Source: an uncultured Candidatus Rokubacteria bacterium (GTDB lineage: Bacteria > Methylomirabilota > Methylomirabilia > Rokubacteriales > CSP1-6). From it: a DNA stretch of 39,956 nucleotides. Below, one piece after another: positions 1 through 11,936 of this stretch. The notes beneath the pieces were generated by a model. The model did no database searches, was not told the DNA's origin, and was given only the letters and a program-made list of their open reading frames with translations. The position numbers were made by a program, and so were the translations under genes. The stretch is taken from NCBI GenBank assembly GCA_963789955.1, contig CAWBMV010000023.1, positions 1 to 39,956 on the forward strand, given 5' to 3'. How positions within the stretch are numbered: the first letter of the stretch is position 1; each line of letters starts with the position of its first letter.

Positions 1-19
1 ATGGACGACTCGCAGCAGA

Positions 20-577
20 TCATTTGGCGATCTTGCTGATCTTCGACCCTTGTAGCCCGGCTCCGGCCATCAGGCCCTTCTGGTCGAAGATGAGCGCGTA
101 GATGTCCTGCGTCACGGTCGAGCTGGTCGTCGACTTTCCCGCGCCCTCATCCAGGACCACGATGCTCGGCCCCACGCCGACCTCGAACCCGCCGCTCTTG
201 TCCAGATAGCTGAGTGCTGCGTCGTTCATGAAGAAGAGCGCGTACCCGAACGCCTGCGCACCCGCCTGCCAGCCGTAAGAAGCTGCGACCGTGTTGTAGT
301 AGCCGACGCTCTTGTTCCCCTTGCGAAGGACGCCCTCGCCGTACTGGGCGCCGAACATGAACCCGGCCTTGTAGATACTCGGAAAGATGAGAATGGCCTT
401 GGCCTCAGACGCCAGCTTCTTGGCGTCCGGCTTGTGTGCGTAGAGCTTGGCCAGCACCGCGTTGGCGTCGCGGTTGATGTCCGCGGCCGATGTCGCCAGC
501 GCGGGTCGAGTGTTCACCGAGGACGTCGCGGCCAGGGCCACTGCCAGCAGGGCGGCTACGAGCCGTGCTTTCACCAT
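20..577 (-). CDS. Secreted Ysc84/SYLF (DUF500)-like lipid-binding protein
   Basis: Signal-peptide-like N-terminus; motifs AILIFPSIYKAGFMFGAQYGEGVL, SYGWQAGAQ and QKGLMAGAGLQGSKI typical of bacterial Ysc84-domain proteins. Confidence 0.8.
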   Translation of the reverse strand: MVKARLVAALLAVALAATSSVNTRPALATSAADINRDANAVLAKLYAHKPDAKKLASEAKAILIFPSIYKAGFMFGAQYGEGVLRKGNKSVGYYNTVAASYGWQAGAQAFGYALFFMNDAALSYLDKSGGFEVGVGPSIVVLDEGAGKSTTSSTVTQDIYALIFDQKGLMAGAGLQGSKISKIAK

Positions 578-614
578 TGTTGGCTCCCTCCAATCTCCAC
601 GGTCCTTCGCTGAC

Positions 615-1094
615 CTACTTGACGAGCGGGATGCCGCGCGCGAGCTCGTAGTTCACGAGGGCCCGAGCCTTGTTCTCGATCTGGTACAGCTTCGCGACCT
701 TCAGGGGTGGCAGAACTTTGCTGAAGCGCGGCTGGTACGACGTCAGTATCGCGACGTGATCGCGCTCGATGGCCAGGAACTGTTTGACGAGGGTCGTCGC
801 CTGCTCGTCGGTCATCGACTGGTACGTCTTGGCGTAGGTGTCGAGGAATTTCAACACACGATCGTAGTGACTGACCATGTCGCTCTGATAGGCGTTGTAG
901 ACCGGCCAGAATGCCTTGGCCTCGCCTTCGGTGAGCTCGAGCACCGCGGCCACCACGGCCTTCTTGTCCGCTCGCAGCTTCTCGCGCAGGGCTTCCATAT
1001 CGTCGGCGGGCTTGTCCTGCGCGACGGCCACCCCACCCACGAGACAGGCGAGGACGCTTCCGAACGCGAACAGATTCCGTAGTGCATACCTCAT
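615..1094 (-). CDS. Secreted helical hypothetical protein (Spy/CpxP-like LTxxE..FWPVY type)
   Basis: Signal peptide ending AVA-QD; LELTEGEAKAFWPVYNAY motif; AAGGAG upstream on the - strand; coding-like codon usage. Confidence 0.7.
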   Translation of the reverse strand: MRYALRNLFAFGSVLACLVGGVAVAQDKPADDMEALREKLRADKKAVVAAVLELTEGEAKAFWPVYNAYQSDMVSHYDRVLKFLDTYAKTYQSMTDEQATTLVKQFLAIERDHVAILTSYQPRFSKVLPPLKVAKLYQIENKARALVNYELARGIPLVK

Positions 1095-2040
1095 GGGCCG
1101 TTGGCTCCTTCAGCTGGCTGCGGCACAACGCCGGGGTACGATACCCGACCTTTTCGACCTCCGCTACGGGACCACCGACTCGCCCGGCTACTCGCCGCGC
1201 AGGGTCGGGTCGAGGAGGTCGCGGAGCCAGTCGCCGGTGCGGCTCACCACGATGGAAGTGAGCATCAGCACGATCCCCGGCGCCGTCGAGATCCACCACG
1301 CCGAGTCGAGATACTCGCGCCCCTCTTGGACCATGCCGCCCCAGGAAGGCGTCGGCGGCTGGACGCCGAGTCCGAGGAACGAGAGCGTCGCCTCCAGCAC
1401 GATCGCGCGCGCGAGCTCGAGCGTGGCGATGACGACCAGCGACGAGAGCACGTTGGGCAGCACGTGCCGGGCGATCACGCGCAAGACCGAGCCGCCGAGC
1501 GCGTGGATCGCGTCGACGAACTCGCGTGAGCGGAGCACCAGCACCTGGGAGCGAAGCACGCGCGCGTAGGTCACCCAGCCCGAGAGCCCGATGACGACGA
1601 TCAAGGTGGGTAAGCTCGGGCCGAGCACCGCGATGATCCCGATCGCCAGCAGGATGAACGGGAACGCGAGCTGGGCGTCGGCGAGCGTCATGATCACGCT
1701 GTCGGCCCAGCCCGCGCGGAACCCGGCCAGCAGTCCGAGCGAGGCGCCGAGCAGCCCGCCCACGATCACCGCGGCGAAGCCCACCAGCAGGGATACCCGC
1801 GCGCCGAAGATCACGCGCGAGAGGACGTCGCGCCCGAGGTGGTCGGTGCCGAGCAGATGGGCTTTGCCGTCGGCCCCGGCGAACGTGGGCGCCGAGAGCC
1901 GGCCCCGGAGGGACTGGCGAATGGGATCGGCGGGCGCGATCAACGGCGCGGCCAGCGCCGCCAGGATCAAGAGCGCGACGAATACGGCGCCGCCGATCGC
2001 GAGGCCGCGGGTCCGGCGCGCGCGGCTCGCCGGCGCGCGC

Positions 2041-2973
<933 letters not shown>

Positions 2974-2974
2974 T

Positions 2975-3001
2975 GGGGCGGAGCCTCGCGGGCTCCGCCC
3001 C
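2975..3001. other. Intercistronic stem-loop between binding-protein and permease genes
   Basis: GGGGCGGAGCC-TCGCG-GGCTCCGCCCC, perfect 11-bp stem, no U-tract; usual position for an mRNA-stabilising hairpin. Confidence 0.6.
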
Positions 3002-3012
3002 GGGCAACCGGT

Positions 3013-4557
3013 CTACGCGCGGCGGAACTTGAAGTTGAAGCGACGGATCTCGAGCTGCTGGAGCGGATCCGGTGTCCACTCCACGTACTTCTGAAGGCCG
3101 TAGTCCTCGTACGGCTGGATCACCGGGACCCACGGGAAGTGCTCGAGGAAGAGCTGCGTCATCTTCTTGTACGCGTCGGCGCGGAACTTCTCGTCGACCG
3201 AGAACCGCGCGGCGGTGCCCAGCTCGTCGAACTCCGGGTGGCGCCAGTAGTCCTGAGGACCGCCCGGACCGAGGAGCCGCCACATCATGCCGTCAGGATC
3301 CCGCAAGGTCGAGGTGGGATCCGACCACCAGAGCCCCTTGAAGCTCTTCTCGCGGATCTTCTGGGCGCGGACCGAATACTCCAGGACCTCGACCTTCGAG
3401 TTGACGCCCACGTCGCGCCACATGGCCTGGATCGCCTCGGCCATCGGCTTGTCGCCGGCCATGTAGCCCACGGTGGTCTCGATAACGACTTCCTCGCCCT
3501 TGTATCCAGCCTTCTTCAGCCGCGCCTTCGCCTCGCCCGGATTGAAGGCCAGCGGCGGCAGTGAGGCGTCGAAGTGATTGTCGCCCTTGGCGATCATGCC
3601 GCTCGGCACGACGCCGCGACCGCGCCACAGCTCCTTCACGATGGACTCGCGATCGATGGCCAGCGACAACGCCTGCTTCACGAGGGGATTGTCGAGCGGC
3701 GGCCGCTTCGAGTTCACGGCGAGGACGTAGAGCCCGCCGTAGAGCGCTCCGCTGACCACGGTGCCGGCATTGCCCTTGACCCGCTCGCCCTGGTCCGGCG
3801 GTACCTGCGTGATCAGGTCGACCTCGCCCTTGAGCAGCGCGGCCACGCGCGGCGCCATCTCGGGCAGCGCCCTCACGATGAGGCGATCGAAATCGACGCG
3901 GCCGCCCCAGTAGTCCGGGTTCGCCTCGAGCACGAGCTTGTCGTCCTTGGTCCACGACACGAACCGGGTCGGACCGGAGCCGACCGGCTTCGCGTTGAAG
4001 GCGTCCGGACCGACCGTCTCGACGTATTTCTTCGGGATGATCTGGCCGCCGTAAAAGCCCAGCCGCGCCGGCAGCAGCGGATCCGGCTTCTTGGTGTGGA
4101 CGACGGCGGTTCCGGGATCCGGGGTCTCGACCCGCTCGACCGTCGTCAGCACGGTGTTCACCCGGTTGCCCTTGAGGTTGACGTCGAGCGAGCGGTCGAT
4201 GCTGAACTTCACGTCCGCCGACGTGAGCGGGTCACCGTTGTGGAACTTGACCCCGGACCGGAGCTTGAACACCCAGGTCGTCTGGCCCTGGAGCTTCCAC
4301 TCCGTCGCCAGGCCGGGCAGGAGCTTTCCGTCGGGGCGCCGGCTGGTCAGGTTGTCGAAGATGTTGAACGAGATGCGGATGTCGTTCGAAGACGTGCTCA
4401 GATGCGGGTCCAGCGCGGCGATGTCACCGCCCTGGGCGACGACGAGCTCGCGCTTCTGCGTGCCCTGCGCCAGCGCGGCCTGCGGCAGCCCCGAAAGCGT
4501 GGTGGCCGCGCCGGCGGCCGCGATCTTGAGCACGTCACGTCGAGTCATTTCTGTCAT
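3013..4557 (-). CDS. ABC substrate-binding protein, family 5 (DppA/OppA/NikA), Tat-exported
   Basis: TRRDVLK twin-arginine leader; LDPH, PGLATEW, FKLRSGVKFHNGDPLTSADVKFS, PVGSGP, NPDYWG motifs; GGAGG upstream. Confidence 0.93.
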   Translation of the reverse strand: MTEMTRRDVLKIAAAGAATTLSGLPQAALAQGTQKRELVVAQGGDIAALDPHLSTSSNDIRISFNIFDNLTSRRPDGKLLPGLATEWKLQGQTTWVFKLRSGVKFHNGDPLTSADVKFSIDRSLDVNLKGNRVNTVLTTVERVETPDPGTAVVHTKKPDPLLPARLGFYGGQIIPKKYVETVGPDAFNAKPVGSGPTRFVSWTKDDKLVLEANPDYWGGRVDFDRLIVRALPEMAPRVAALLKGEVDLITQVPPDQGERVKGNAGTVVSGALYGGLYVLAVNSKRPPLDNPLVKQALSLAIDRESIVKELWRGRGVVPSGMIAKGDNHFDASLPPLAFNPGEAKARLKKAGYKGEEVVIETTVGYMAGDKPMAEAIQAMWRDVGVNSKVEVLEYSVRAQKIREKSFKGLWWSDPTSTLRDPDGMMWRLLGPGGPQDYWRHPEFDELGTAARFSVDEKFRADAYKKMTQLFLEHFPWVPVIQPYEDYGLQKYVEWTPDPLQQLEIRRFNFKFRRA

Positions 4558-4630
4558 GTCAGCCTCCGTGTGGTTCTCGGGTCAGTGGGGGTCTATATGG
4601 GGGAGCTTTCGGAATCCTGTCAAGCGCCCG

Positions 4631-5971
4631 CTACGCGGCCGGCGCCGGCTCGGGCTGGGCGAGGGGCGAGCGCCGCACTCGAGCCTGCACGTCGGTGACG
4701 ACGTCCCGCTCGAGCGTGATCTCGACCTCGTGCTGCTCGATTGACCAGCGACGTACGGTCGACAGCCAGCCGAGGCGCCGTCGCCCCTGCGGCACGACGC
4801 GACGCCCGCGGTAGAGTAGCGTACGGCGCGGCGTCGTGAGCTGCTCGTGCTCTTCCGCGTCGGGTCCGCAGATTCGTAAGACTTCTTCGTACGTCGTGTG
4901 CCCCGGCACGATGCGCGCGAGCGTCTCGCGGGAAAAGACGGCACCGGTCTCGCGGTCGGCGCTCGCGGGCCCGATCTGGACGCGAGCCGTCAACGCCGCG
5001 CTCACCCGGCGGACGAGCATCATGAAAAGCGGCATCGCCAGGTTCCCGAGCGCGAAAAACGCGATCGGGATCAGCACCGGCGCCCAGGACCGCATGCCGC
5101 GAAAGTAGCCGAACTGCACGGTCAGCACCTGGGGCGAGATGCCTTCGGAGCTGTCCAGGAAGAGCGTGATCTCCTCGGTGGAGTCGAGGGTCTCGCTGAG
5201 GCGGCGCCGCGCCGAGCCCGGGTAGAACTCGTAGATCTTCAGATGATCGGCGTCCGTGAGGTTGACGAGGAGCTGCGACGGATCGTCGGCGAGGCGAACG
5301 ACGCGGTCGCGGCGCTCGAAATAGACCGGGAACAGCGCGCGCGCCCGCACGTCGTTGAAGGTGAGCGAGACCGTGTGCTGCGGACCCCAGAAGAGATCCT
5401 CGATCCACGTCGCCTTCCGCCGCTTCATGAGATCGGTCAGCTCCATCCGGAGGTTCATCTGCCAGGTGCGATTGGCGAGCAGCGGCGTCCACGGGATCCG
5501 CACGTACGTGACCGGAGTCGTGAGCCCGAGCGGGCCGCCCTGGCGCACGAACGTCACGAACGGGGCGCCGCCGCGAACGGGCTCGGGCGGCAGCTCTTCG
5601 CCGATGCGGTAGAGGCTCTTGGCGAAGAGCGGCAGGCGGCCTTCCGCGATCGGGGTGAAGCCGCGGCTCTTCACGTAGGCGGCCAGCGCGGGATCGGGCG
5701 CGCCCGAGCTCGAGTCGCCGTCGACCGCGTTCGGCCAGAGGAAATAGAGATCTTGCTCGATGGCGGCGCCATTCGCATTCGGAGGGATCACGAGGCTCCA
5801 GAGGACGTCGAGGGTCACGACTTCGGTTTCGGGTGTGACGGTGGCCCGGATGAACAGGGGACCGATCGTGAACTCGGGATTCGGGCGCGAGGCGAGGAAG
5901 ACCTGACCGCACGCGATGTCCGGCGCAGCCGCGGCCAGCACCAGCGCGAGAGTCCAGGCGGCGCGTCTCAT
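4631..5971 (-). CDS. Hypothetical membrane-anchored protein, paralogue 2 (signal peptide, exported domain, TM helix, C-terminal SmpA/BamE-like domain)
   Basis: Start placed at ATG 5971 (MRRAAWTLALVL...); collinear similarity to 5986..7359 along the whole length (GQVFLASRPNPEFTIGPLFIRA vs GQVFIASQPKPEFTVGPLFVRA). Confidence 0.8.
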   Translation of the reverse strand: MRRAAWTLALVLAAAAPDIACGQVFLASRPNPEFTIGPLFIRATVTPETEVVTLDVLWSLVIPPNANGAAIEQDLYFLWPNAVDGDSSSGAPDPALAAYVKSRGFTPIAEGRLPLFAKSLYRIGEELPPEPVRGGAPFVTFVRQGGPLGLTTPVTYVRIPWTPLLANRTWQMNLRMELTDLMKRRKATWIEDLFWGPQHTVSLTFNDVRARALFPVYFERRDRVVRLADDPSQLLVNLTDADHLKIYEFYPGSARRRLSETLDSTEEITLFLDSSEGISPQVLTVQFGYFRGMRSWAPVLIPIAFFALGNLAMPLFMMLVRRVSAALTARVQIGPASADRETGAVFSRETLARIVPGHTTYEEVLRICGPDAEEHEQLTTPRRTLLYRGRRVVPQGRRRLGWLSTVRRWSIEQHEVEITLERDVVTDVQARVRRSPLAQPEPAPAA

Positions 5972-5985
5972 TCCGACCGATTCGT

Positions 5986-7359
5986 TCAGGCCGGCCCCGG
6001 CTGGGTCAGCGTGCTCCGGTTGACCTGCGCCTGGACATCGCGGACGCGGTCCCCCTCGAGCTCGATCTCGACCTCGTGGTGCTCGACGTCCCAGCGGTTC
6101 ACGGTCGCCAGCCACGCGAACCGCCGCCGGCGGTGCGGCACCACGCGGCGCCCACGGTAGACCAGGGTGCGGCGCCCGGGCTCGCTCAGGCGCTCGCGCT
6201 CTTCGGGATCGGGCCCGCAAAGATCGAGCACCTGGGCGTGTGTCGTTTCGCCAGGCGCGATCCGCGCGAGCGCCTCGCGCGGGATGATCGTGCCGGTTTC
6301 GCGCTGCCCGGGCGCGCCGCTCGAGGGCCCGAGCTGGATGCGTCCCTGCAGTCGCGCGCCGACGGTCTTGACGAGCATCGTGACGAGCGGGCCGGCGAGA
6401 TTACCGAGCACGAAGAAGAGCGTCGCGAAGAGGACCGGAGACCACGCCTTCCAGCCCGTGAAGTACCCGTATTGCACCGACAGCACCTGAGGCCGGATGC
6501 CCTCGGACGGATCGAGATAGGCGGACACGATCTCGGTCGCGCGTCGCGTCTCGCTCGTGCGCCGCTGGCTCGAGCCCGGATAGACCTCGTGGATCTTCAG
6601 ATGGTCCGCGTCGGCGAAGTTGACGGTGAGCTGCGAGGGATCGTCGGCCAGGTGGACGACGCGGTCGCGGTACGCCAGGTACATCGGAAAGGTCGCCCGT
6701 GTCCGCACGTCGTTGAAGCTCAACGTGAGGATGTGACGCTCGCCCCACAGCGCGTTTTCGAACCAGGTCGCTTGCTTCTGTCGCCGCAATCCGGTCAGAC
6801 GCATCTGGAGCTCGATGAGCCACGTCCGGTCGGCGAGCCGCGGCGTCCACGGGATCCGGATCCAGCTGGCCGGCGTGCCCTGCCCGAGCGGCCCGGGTTC
6901 GCGCGTGTACGCGACGTAGGGAGCGCCGCCGGCAATCGGCTCGGGCTTCGGCCGGTTGCGCCCGACGGCGATCGCGCGCGCCGAGAGCGGCAACCGTCCT
7001 TCGCGCGTCACCTCGAAGCCGCGGCCCTCGATGCTCTTGCGGAGCGCGGGATCCGGCGCTCCGGCCACCGCCTCGCCGTCCACCTCGCCGGGCCAGAGAA
7101 GGTAGAGGTCTTGCGCGAGTGCGTCGCTCTTGACCGTGGTCGGCACGACCAGGCTGAACAGCACACTGACCTCGACCGGTCCGTGCCTGGGTCCGACGTT
7201 GGCCCGCACGAAGAGCGGACCGACCGTGAACTCGGGCTTGGGCTGGCTGGCGATGAAGACCTGCCCGTACGCGGCGGCCGGCGTCGCCGCGAGCGCCAGC
7301 GCCGCGAGGAGCGCCCGGCTAAATCCGGACAGGCGTGAACTCTCGCGTGTAGTGCTCAT
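5986..7359 (-). CDS. Hypothetical membrane-anchored protein, paralogue 1
   Basis: Signal-like segment LLAALALAATPAAAYG; TM WSPVLFATLFFVLGNLAGPLV; C-terminal IAPGETTHAQVLDLCGPDP pattern; start uncertain (41-bp overlap with the upstream gene). Confidence 0.8.
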   Translation of the reverse strand: MSTTRESSRLSGFSRALLAALALAATPAAAYGQVFIASQPKPEFTVGPLFVRANVGPRHGPVEVSVLFSLVVPTTVKSDALAQDLYLLWPGEVDGEAVAGAPDPALRKSIEGRGFEVTREGRLPLSARAIAVGRNRPKPEPIAGGAPYVAYTREPGPLGQGTPASWIRIPWTPRLADRTWLIELQMRLTGLRRQKQATWFENALWGERHILTLSFNDVRTRATFPMYLAYRDRVVHLADDPSQLTVNFADADHLKIHEVYPGSSQRRTSETRRATEIVSAYLDPSEGIRPQVLSVQYGYFTGWKAWSPVLFATLFFVLGNLAGPLVTMLVKTVGARLQGRIQLGPSSGAPGQRETGTIIPREALARIAPGETTHAQVLDLCGPDPEERERLSEPGRRTLVYRGRRVVPHRRRRFAWLATVNRWDVEHHEVEIELEGDRVRDVQAQVNRSTLTQPGPA

Positions 7360-8290
7360 CGAGCGGGAGCTTCTTCTTGATCAGGCCGTACTCCAGCAGA
7401 GTGGCTTGCATCACGGCCAGCGCTTCCACGTTGATGCTTCCATCGACCGGCAGCAGGGGACCCGAGATCTTGTGGGCGCCGAGCACGGCCTCCGGGGTCC
7501 AGCCGAGCTTCTTCGACACGAGCTGCGCGGCCTCCTTGGGGTTGTCACGCATCAGCTTGATCGCGCGGAAGAGGGCCTTCTGGCTCTTTCGGATCGCGTC
7601 GGCCTGCTTGGCGATCGCGTCCTCCGACGCGTACTGGATCTGGCTGATCCATTTCGGCGTCACCGAGTCCAGGCGCATGAGCACCTTGGACTTGCCCTGC
7701 AGCTCGGTCACGGCGCCGCCGTCGCCCCAGACGTAGGCGGCGATCTCCTTGCGCGCCATCGCCGCGAGCTGAGCGTCGAGGCCGCCGAGGCCGACGATCT
7801 GCACGTCCTTGTCCGGATCCCAGCCCTCTTTCTTGGCGACCATGCGCGCGAAGACCCACGTCGTCGCGCCCACGCGGGTGACGCCGATCGTCTTGCCGCG
7901 CAGGTCGGCGACCTTCTGAACCTCGGGCGCCACGTTCAGGGTGAAGTGGTTGCCCTCGGTGTGGGTCGCGATCATCTTGATCGGCGAGCCGGCTTCGCGG
8001 AAAACGAAGATGTCGGTGCTGCCGGTGATCCCGATCAGACATTCACCCGCCATCACGGCCTTGAGGAGATCGGGGCCGCCGCGAAAGGGCACGTACTCGG
8101 CGGCGAGGCCCTCGGTTTTGAAGTAGCCCTGATCGAGGGCGACGATGACCGGCCCGGCCATCGAATAGTCGCCGAGCACGGCACTCCCGATCTTGACCGC
8201 CGTCTGCGCCCGGGCGGCGCGCGCGAACAGCGGCGTGGCTCCCGTCGCGAGCGCGGTGGTGAGGAACCTACGACGCGTGGTCACGGGCAT
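7319..8290 (-). CDS. NitT/TauT (NMT1/SsuA-like) ABC substrate-binding protein, Tat-exported
   Basis: Start at ATG 8290 after AAGGAG; TRRRFL leader; ALDQGYFKTEGL, FRGG, VADLRGKTIGVT motifs. Confidence 0.88.
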   Translation of the reverse strand: MPVTTRRRFLTTALATGATPLFARAARAQTAVKIGSAVLGDYSMAGPVIVALDQGYFKTEGLAAEYVPFRGGPDLLKAVMAGECLIGITGSTDIFVFREAGSPIKMIATHTEGNHFTLNVAPEVQKVADLRGKTIGVTRVGATTWVFARMVAKKEGWDPDKDVQIVGLGGLDAQLAAMARKEIAAYVWGDGGAVTELQGKSKVLMRLDSVTPKWISQIQYASEDAIAKQADAIRKSQKALFRAIKLMRDNPKEAAQLVSKKLGWTPEAVLGAHKISGPLLPVDGSINVEALAVMQATLLEYGLIKKKLPLDEHYTREFTPVRI

Positions 8291-8440
8291 GGGCGATGGC
8301 TCCTTTGACCTCAAGGGTCGACGCGCCCGGCGGCCTTGACATTCCACCGGCACGCGGTGATCGTACAACTTCGTGAGTCTCATCGACAATTTGTCGTGTC
8401 AGTGTCGTGGGCGAGTCGCGCAACGTGACGGAGCTTCTCG

Positions 8441-9235
8441 ATGACCGAATCACCCGTCACCTACGAAGCGCGGGACGGAGTCGGTTGGATCACCTTGAAC
8501 CGACCGGCCGTACTCAACGCGCTGTCCACCGAGCTCGCGAGCGCGCTCGCCGATCACGCGGAGACCGCCGCCGCCGACCCGCGCGTGATGCAGGTGATCG
8601 TGCGGGGCGCGGGGCGCGCGTTCTGCTCGGGCATGGATCGGACCGCGCTCGCCGCGGGCACGATCGGCGAGGCGTTCTTCCGGCACTGGAACCGCGCGCT
8701 CGACTGTCTCGAGGACATGCCGAAGATCACGATCGCCGTCCTGCACGGCTACTCGATCGGCGGCGGCTTGCAGCTGGCGCTCGGCTGCGACCTCCGGCTC
8801 GCCACCGAGGACGCCGTGCTCGGCCTGGGCGCTACGCGTCACGGGCTGGTGCCCGACGGCGCGGTGCTGCGGCTCGCGCGCGTGGTCGGCGTGGGACGCG
8901 CCAAGGAGCTGGCGCTCCTGAACGATCACGTGAGCCCGGCCGAGGCGCGGGCGATCGGCCTGGTCAACTGGGTGTGCGCAGCGGCCGAACTCGACCGGAC
9001 GCTCGCCTCGATCATCGACAAGGCGCGCGGCGCGGCGCCCACCGCGACCGCCCATACCAAGCGTTTGCTCCAGGCGTCGTTTCACCACGACCCGCGCACG
9101 ATCCTCGAAGACGTCCTGCGAGCGCAAGGCGACTGCGCCGCGTCGTGGGAGATGGACGAAGCCAACCGGGCGTGGCGCGAAAAGCGCGAGGCTCGCTTCG
9201 ATCCGCCGGAGCACGGGCGGCTCCGTGATGGCTGA
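8441..9235 (+). CDS. Enoyl-CoA hydratase/isomerase (crotonase) family protein, non-canonical catalytic residues
   Basis: WITLNRPAVLNAL, GAGRAFCSGMD, GYSIGGGLQLALGCDLR, GLVN motifs. Confidence 0.9.
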   Translation: MTESPVTYEARDGVGWITLNRPAVLNALSTELASALADHAETAAADPRVMQVIVRGAGRAFCSGMDRTALAAGTIGEAFFRHWNRALDCLEDMPKITIAVLHGYSIGGGLQLALGCDLRLATEDAVLGLGATRHGLVPDGAVLRLARVVGVGRAKELALLNDHVSPAEARAIGLVNWVCAAAELDRTLASIIDKARGAAPTATAHTKRLLQASFHHDPRTILEDVLRAQGDCAASWEMDEANRAWREKREARFDPPEHGRLRDG

Positions 9236-9975
9236 CGACATCATCCTCGAGACCGAGGGCCTCACCAAGGAGTTCCACGGGTTCGTCGCCGTGAAGAACG
9301 TGGCGCTGCGGGTGCGCCGCGGGACGATCCACGCGCTCATCGGGCCCAACGGCGCCGGCAAGACGACCTGCTTCAATCTGCTGACCCATTTCATGACGCC
9401 GACCCGCGGGCGCATTCGCTTCAACGGTCGCGAGATCACCGGCTCCCGGCCCGCGGATATCGCGCGGCTGGGGCTCGTGCGCTCGTTCCAGATCTCGGCC
9501 GTGTTCCCACATCTTTCGGTTCTGGAAAACGTGCGCATCGCCCTCCAGCGCCAGCGCGGCGCGTCGTTCGACTTCTGGCGATCCGAGCGCGTGCTCGGCG
9601 GCCTGAACGGTCGCGCGCTCGAGCTGATCGACGCAGTGGGCCTCGCCCCGTTCGCGCGCACGCCGGCGGTGGAGCTGCCGTACGGGCGCAAGCGCGCCCT
9701 CGAGATCGCGACGACCCTCGCGCTCGACCCCGAGATGATGCTGCTCGACGAGCCGACGGCGGGCATGGCGCACGAGGACGTGGAGCGCATCTCGGCGCTG
9801 ATCAAGCGCGTCGCGGCGAACCGTACGGTGCTGATGGTCGAGCACAACCTCAGCGTGGTCGAGAACCTCTCGGATACGATCACCGTTCTGGCGCGGGGAG
9901 AGGTGCTCGCCGAGGGCGACTACCAGACCGTGGCGCGGAGCCCAGAGGTGATCCAGGCCTACATGGGGTCGGGCC

Positions 9976-9983
<8 letters not shown>
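9228..9983 (+). CDS. livG: Liv-type (HAAT) ABC ATP-binding protein, LivG family
   Basis: Walker A GPNGAGKT, RSFQ, LPYGRKRALE, LLDEP, VEHN. Confidence 0.92.
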
Positions 9984-10680
<697 letters not shown>

Positions 10681-10720
10681 TCCCCGCTAAGCCAACGTCG
10701 ATCGCAAAGGAGCGGAGAGC

Positions 10721-11932
10721 ATGACCATCGCACGTATCGCGGCCTTCGTCGCCGTACTCAGTCTGGGTGCCGGCCCGGCGCTCGCGCAGATCTCGGACGG
10801 CGTCGTCAAGATCGGGGTGCTCAACGACCAGTCGAGCCTCTATGCGGATCTGGCCGGACAGGGCTCGGTGGTCGCGGCCCGGATGGCCGTCGAGGACTTC
10901 GGCGCCGCCGCGAAGGGCCTGAAGGTCGAGATCATCTTCGCCGACCACCAGAACAAGGCCGACGTCGGCTCGCAGATCGCGCGCCAGTGGTACGACGCCG
11001 ACAAGGTCGACATGATTCTCGACGTGCCGAACTCGGGCGTCGCGCTCGCGGTCAATCAGATCACGCGTGACAAGGGCAAGGCCTTCGTCGTCTCCTCGGC
11101 GGCGTCGTCCGACCTCACCGGCAAGGCGTGCTCGCCGAACACCGTTCACTGGACTTACGACACCTGGGCGCTCGCCAACGGCACCGGTACGGCCGTCGTG
11201 AAGACGGGCGGCGATTCGTGGTTCTTCATCACCGCCGACTACGCGTTCGGCCACGCCCTCGAGCGGGACATCGAGGCGGTCGTGCTGAAGAACGGCGGCA
11301 AGGTGCTCGGCAAGGTCCGACATCCGCTCAACACCCAGGACTTCTCGTCGTTCCTGCTGCAGGCGCAGGCCTCGAAGGCCAAGGTCATCGGCCTGGCCAA
11401 CGCCGGCGGCGACACCACCAACGCGATCAAGCAGGGCGCGGAGTTCGGCATCGCGCAAGGCGGCCAGAGCTTCGCCGGGCTGCTCGTGTTCCTCACCGAC
11501 GTGCACGCGCTCGGCCTCGAGAAGGCGCAGGGCCTGATCGTTCACCGAGACGTTCTACTGGGACATGAACGACCAGACCCGCGCGTTCGCCAAGCGCTTC
11601 GCCGAGCGCAATCGGCAGATCCATCCGACGATGATCCATGCCGGCGTCTACGCGGGGTCCTGCACTATCTGAAGGCCGTCGAGGCGCTCAAGAGCGACGA
11701 CGGTGCCAAGGTCATCGCCAAGATGAAGGAGCTGCCGACCGACGATCCGCTCTTCGGCAAGGGGACGATTCGCGTCGACGGCCGCAAGATCCACCCGGCG
11801 TACCTCGTCGAGGTCAAGAAGCCTTCGGAGTCGAAGGATCCCTGGGACTACTACAAGATCCGCGCGACGATCCCTGCCGAGCAGGCGTTCCGTCCGCTCG
11901 ATCAGGGTGGCTGCGAGCTCGTGAAGAAGTAG
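10721..11932 (+). CDS. Liv-type ABC substrate-binding protein (aromatic/organic-acid-binding type); internal compensated frameshift about 11540-11655
   Basis: Signal peptide AQISDGVVKIGVLNDQS, DHQNKAD, FITADYAFGHALE; the expected TETFYWDMNDQTRAFAKRF segment lies in another frame. Confidence 0.88.
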   Translation: MTIARIAAFVAVLSLGAGPALAQISDGVVKIGVLNDQSSLYADLAGQGSVVAARMAVEDFGAAAKGLKVEIIFADHQNKADVGSQIARQWYDADKVDMILDVPNSGVALAVNQITRDKGKAFVVSSAASSDLTGKACSPNTVHWTYDTWALANGTGTAVVKTGGDSWFFITADYAFGHALERDIEAVVLKNGGKVLGKVRHPLNTQDFSSFLLQAQASKAKVIGLANAGGDTTNAIKQGAEFGIAQGGQSFAGLLVFLTDVHALGLEKAQGLIVHRDVLLGHERPDPRVRQALRRAQSADPSDDDPCRRLRGVLHYLKAVEALKSDDGAKVIAKMKELPTDDPLFGKGTIRVDGRKIHPAYLVEVKKPSESKDPWDYYKIRATIPAEQAFRPLDQGGCELVKK

Positions 11933-11936
11933 CGTT

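Noticed and set aside
3574..4698. Long antisense ORFs (this one and many others, e.g. 22035..23201, 25345..26796, 29201..30664)
   Set aside because: Shadow ORFs expected opposite high-GC3 genes; no recognisable motifs.
8336..8375. TTGACA in the divergent promoter region (also on the - strand near 4620)
   Set aside because: No -10 hexamer at 16-18 nt spacing that I can support.
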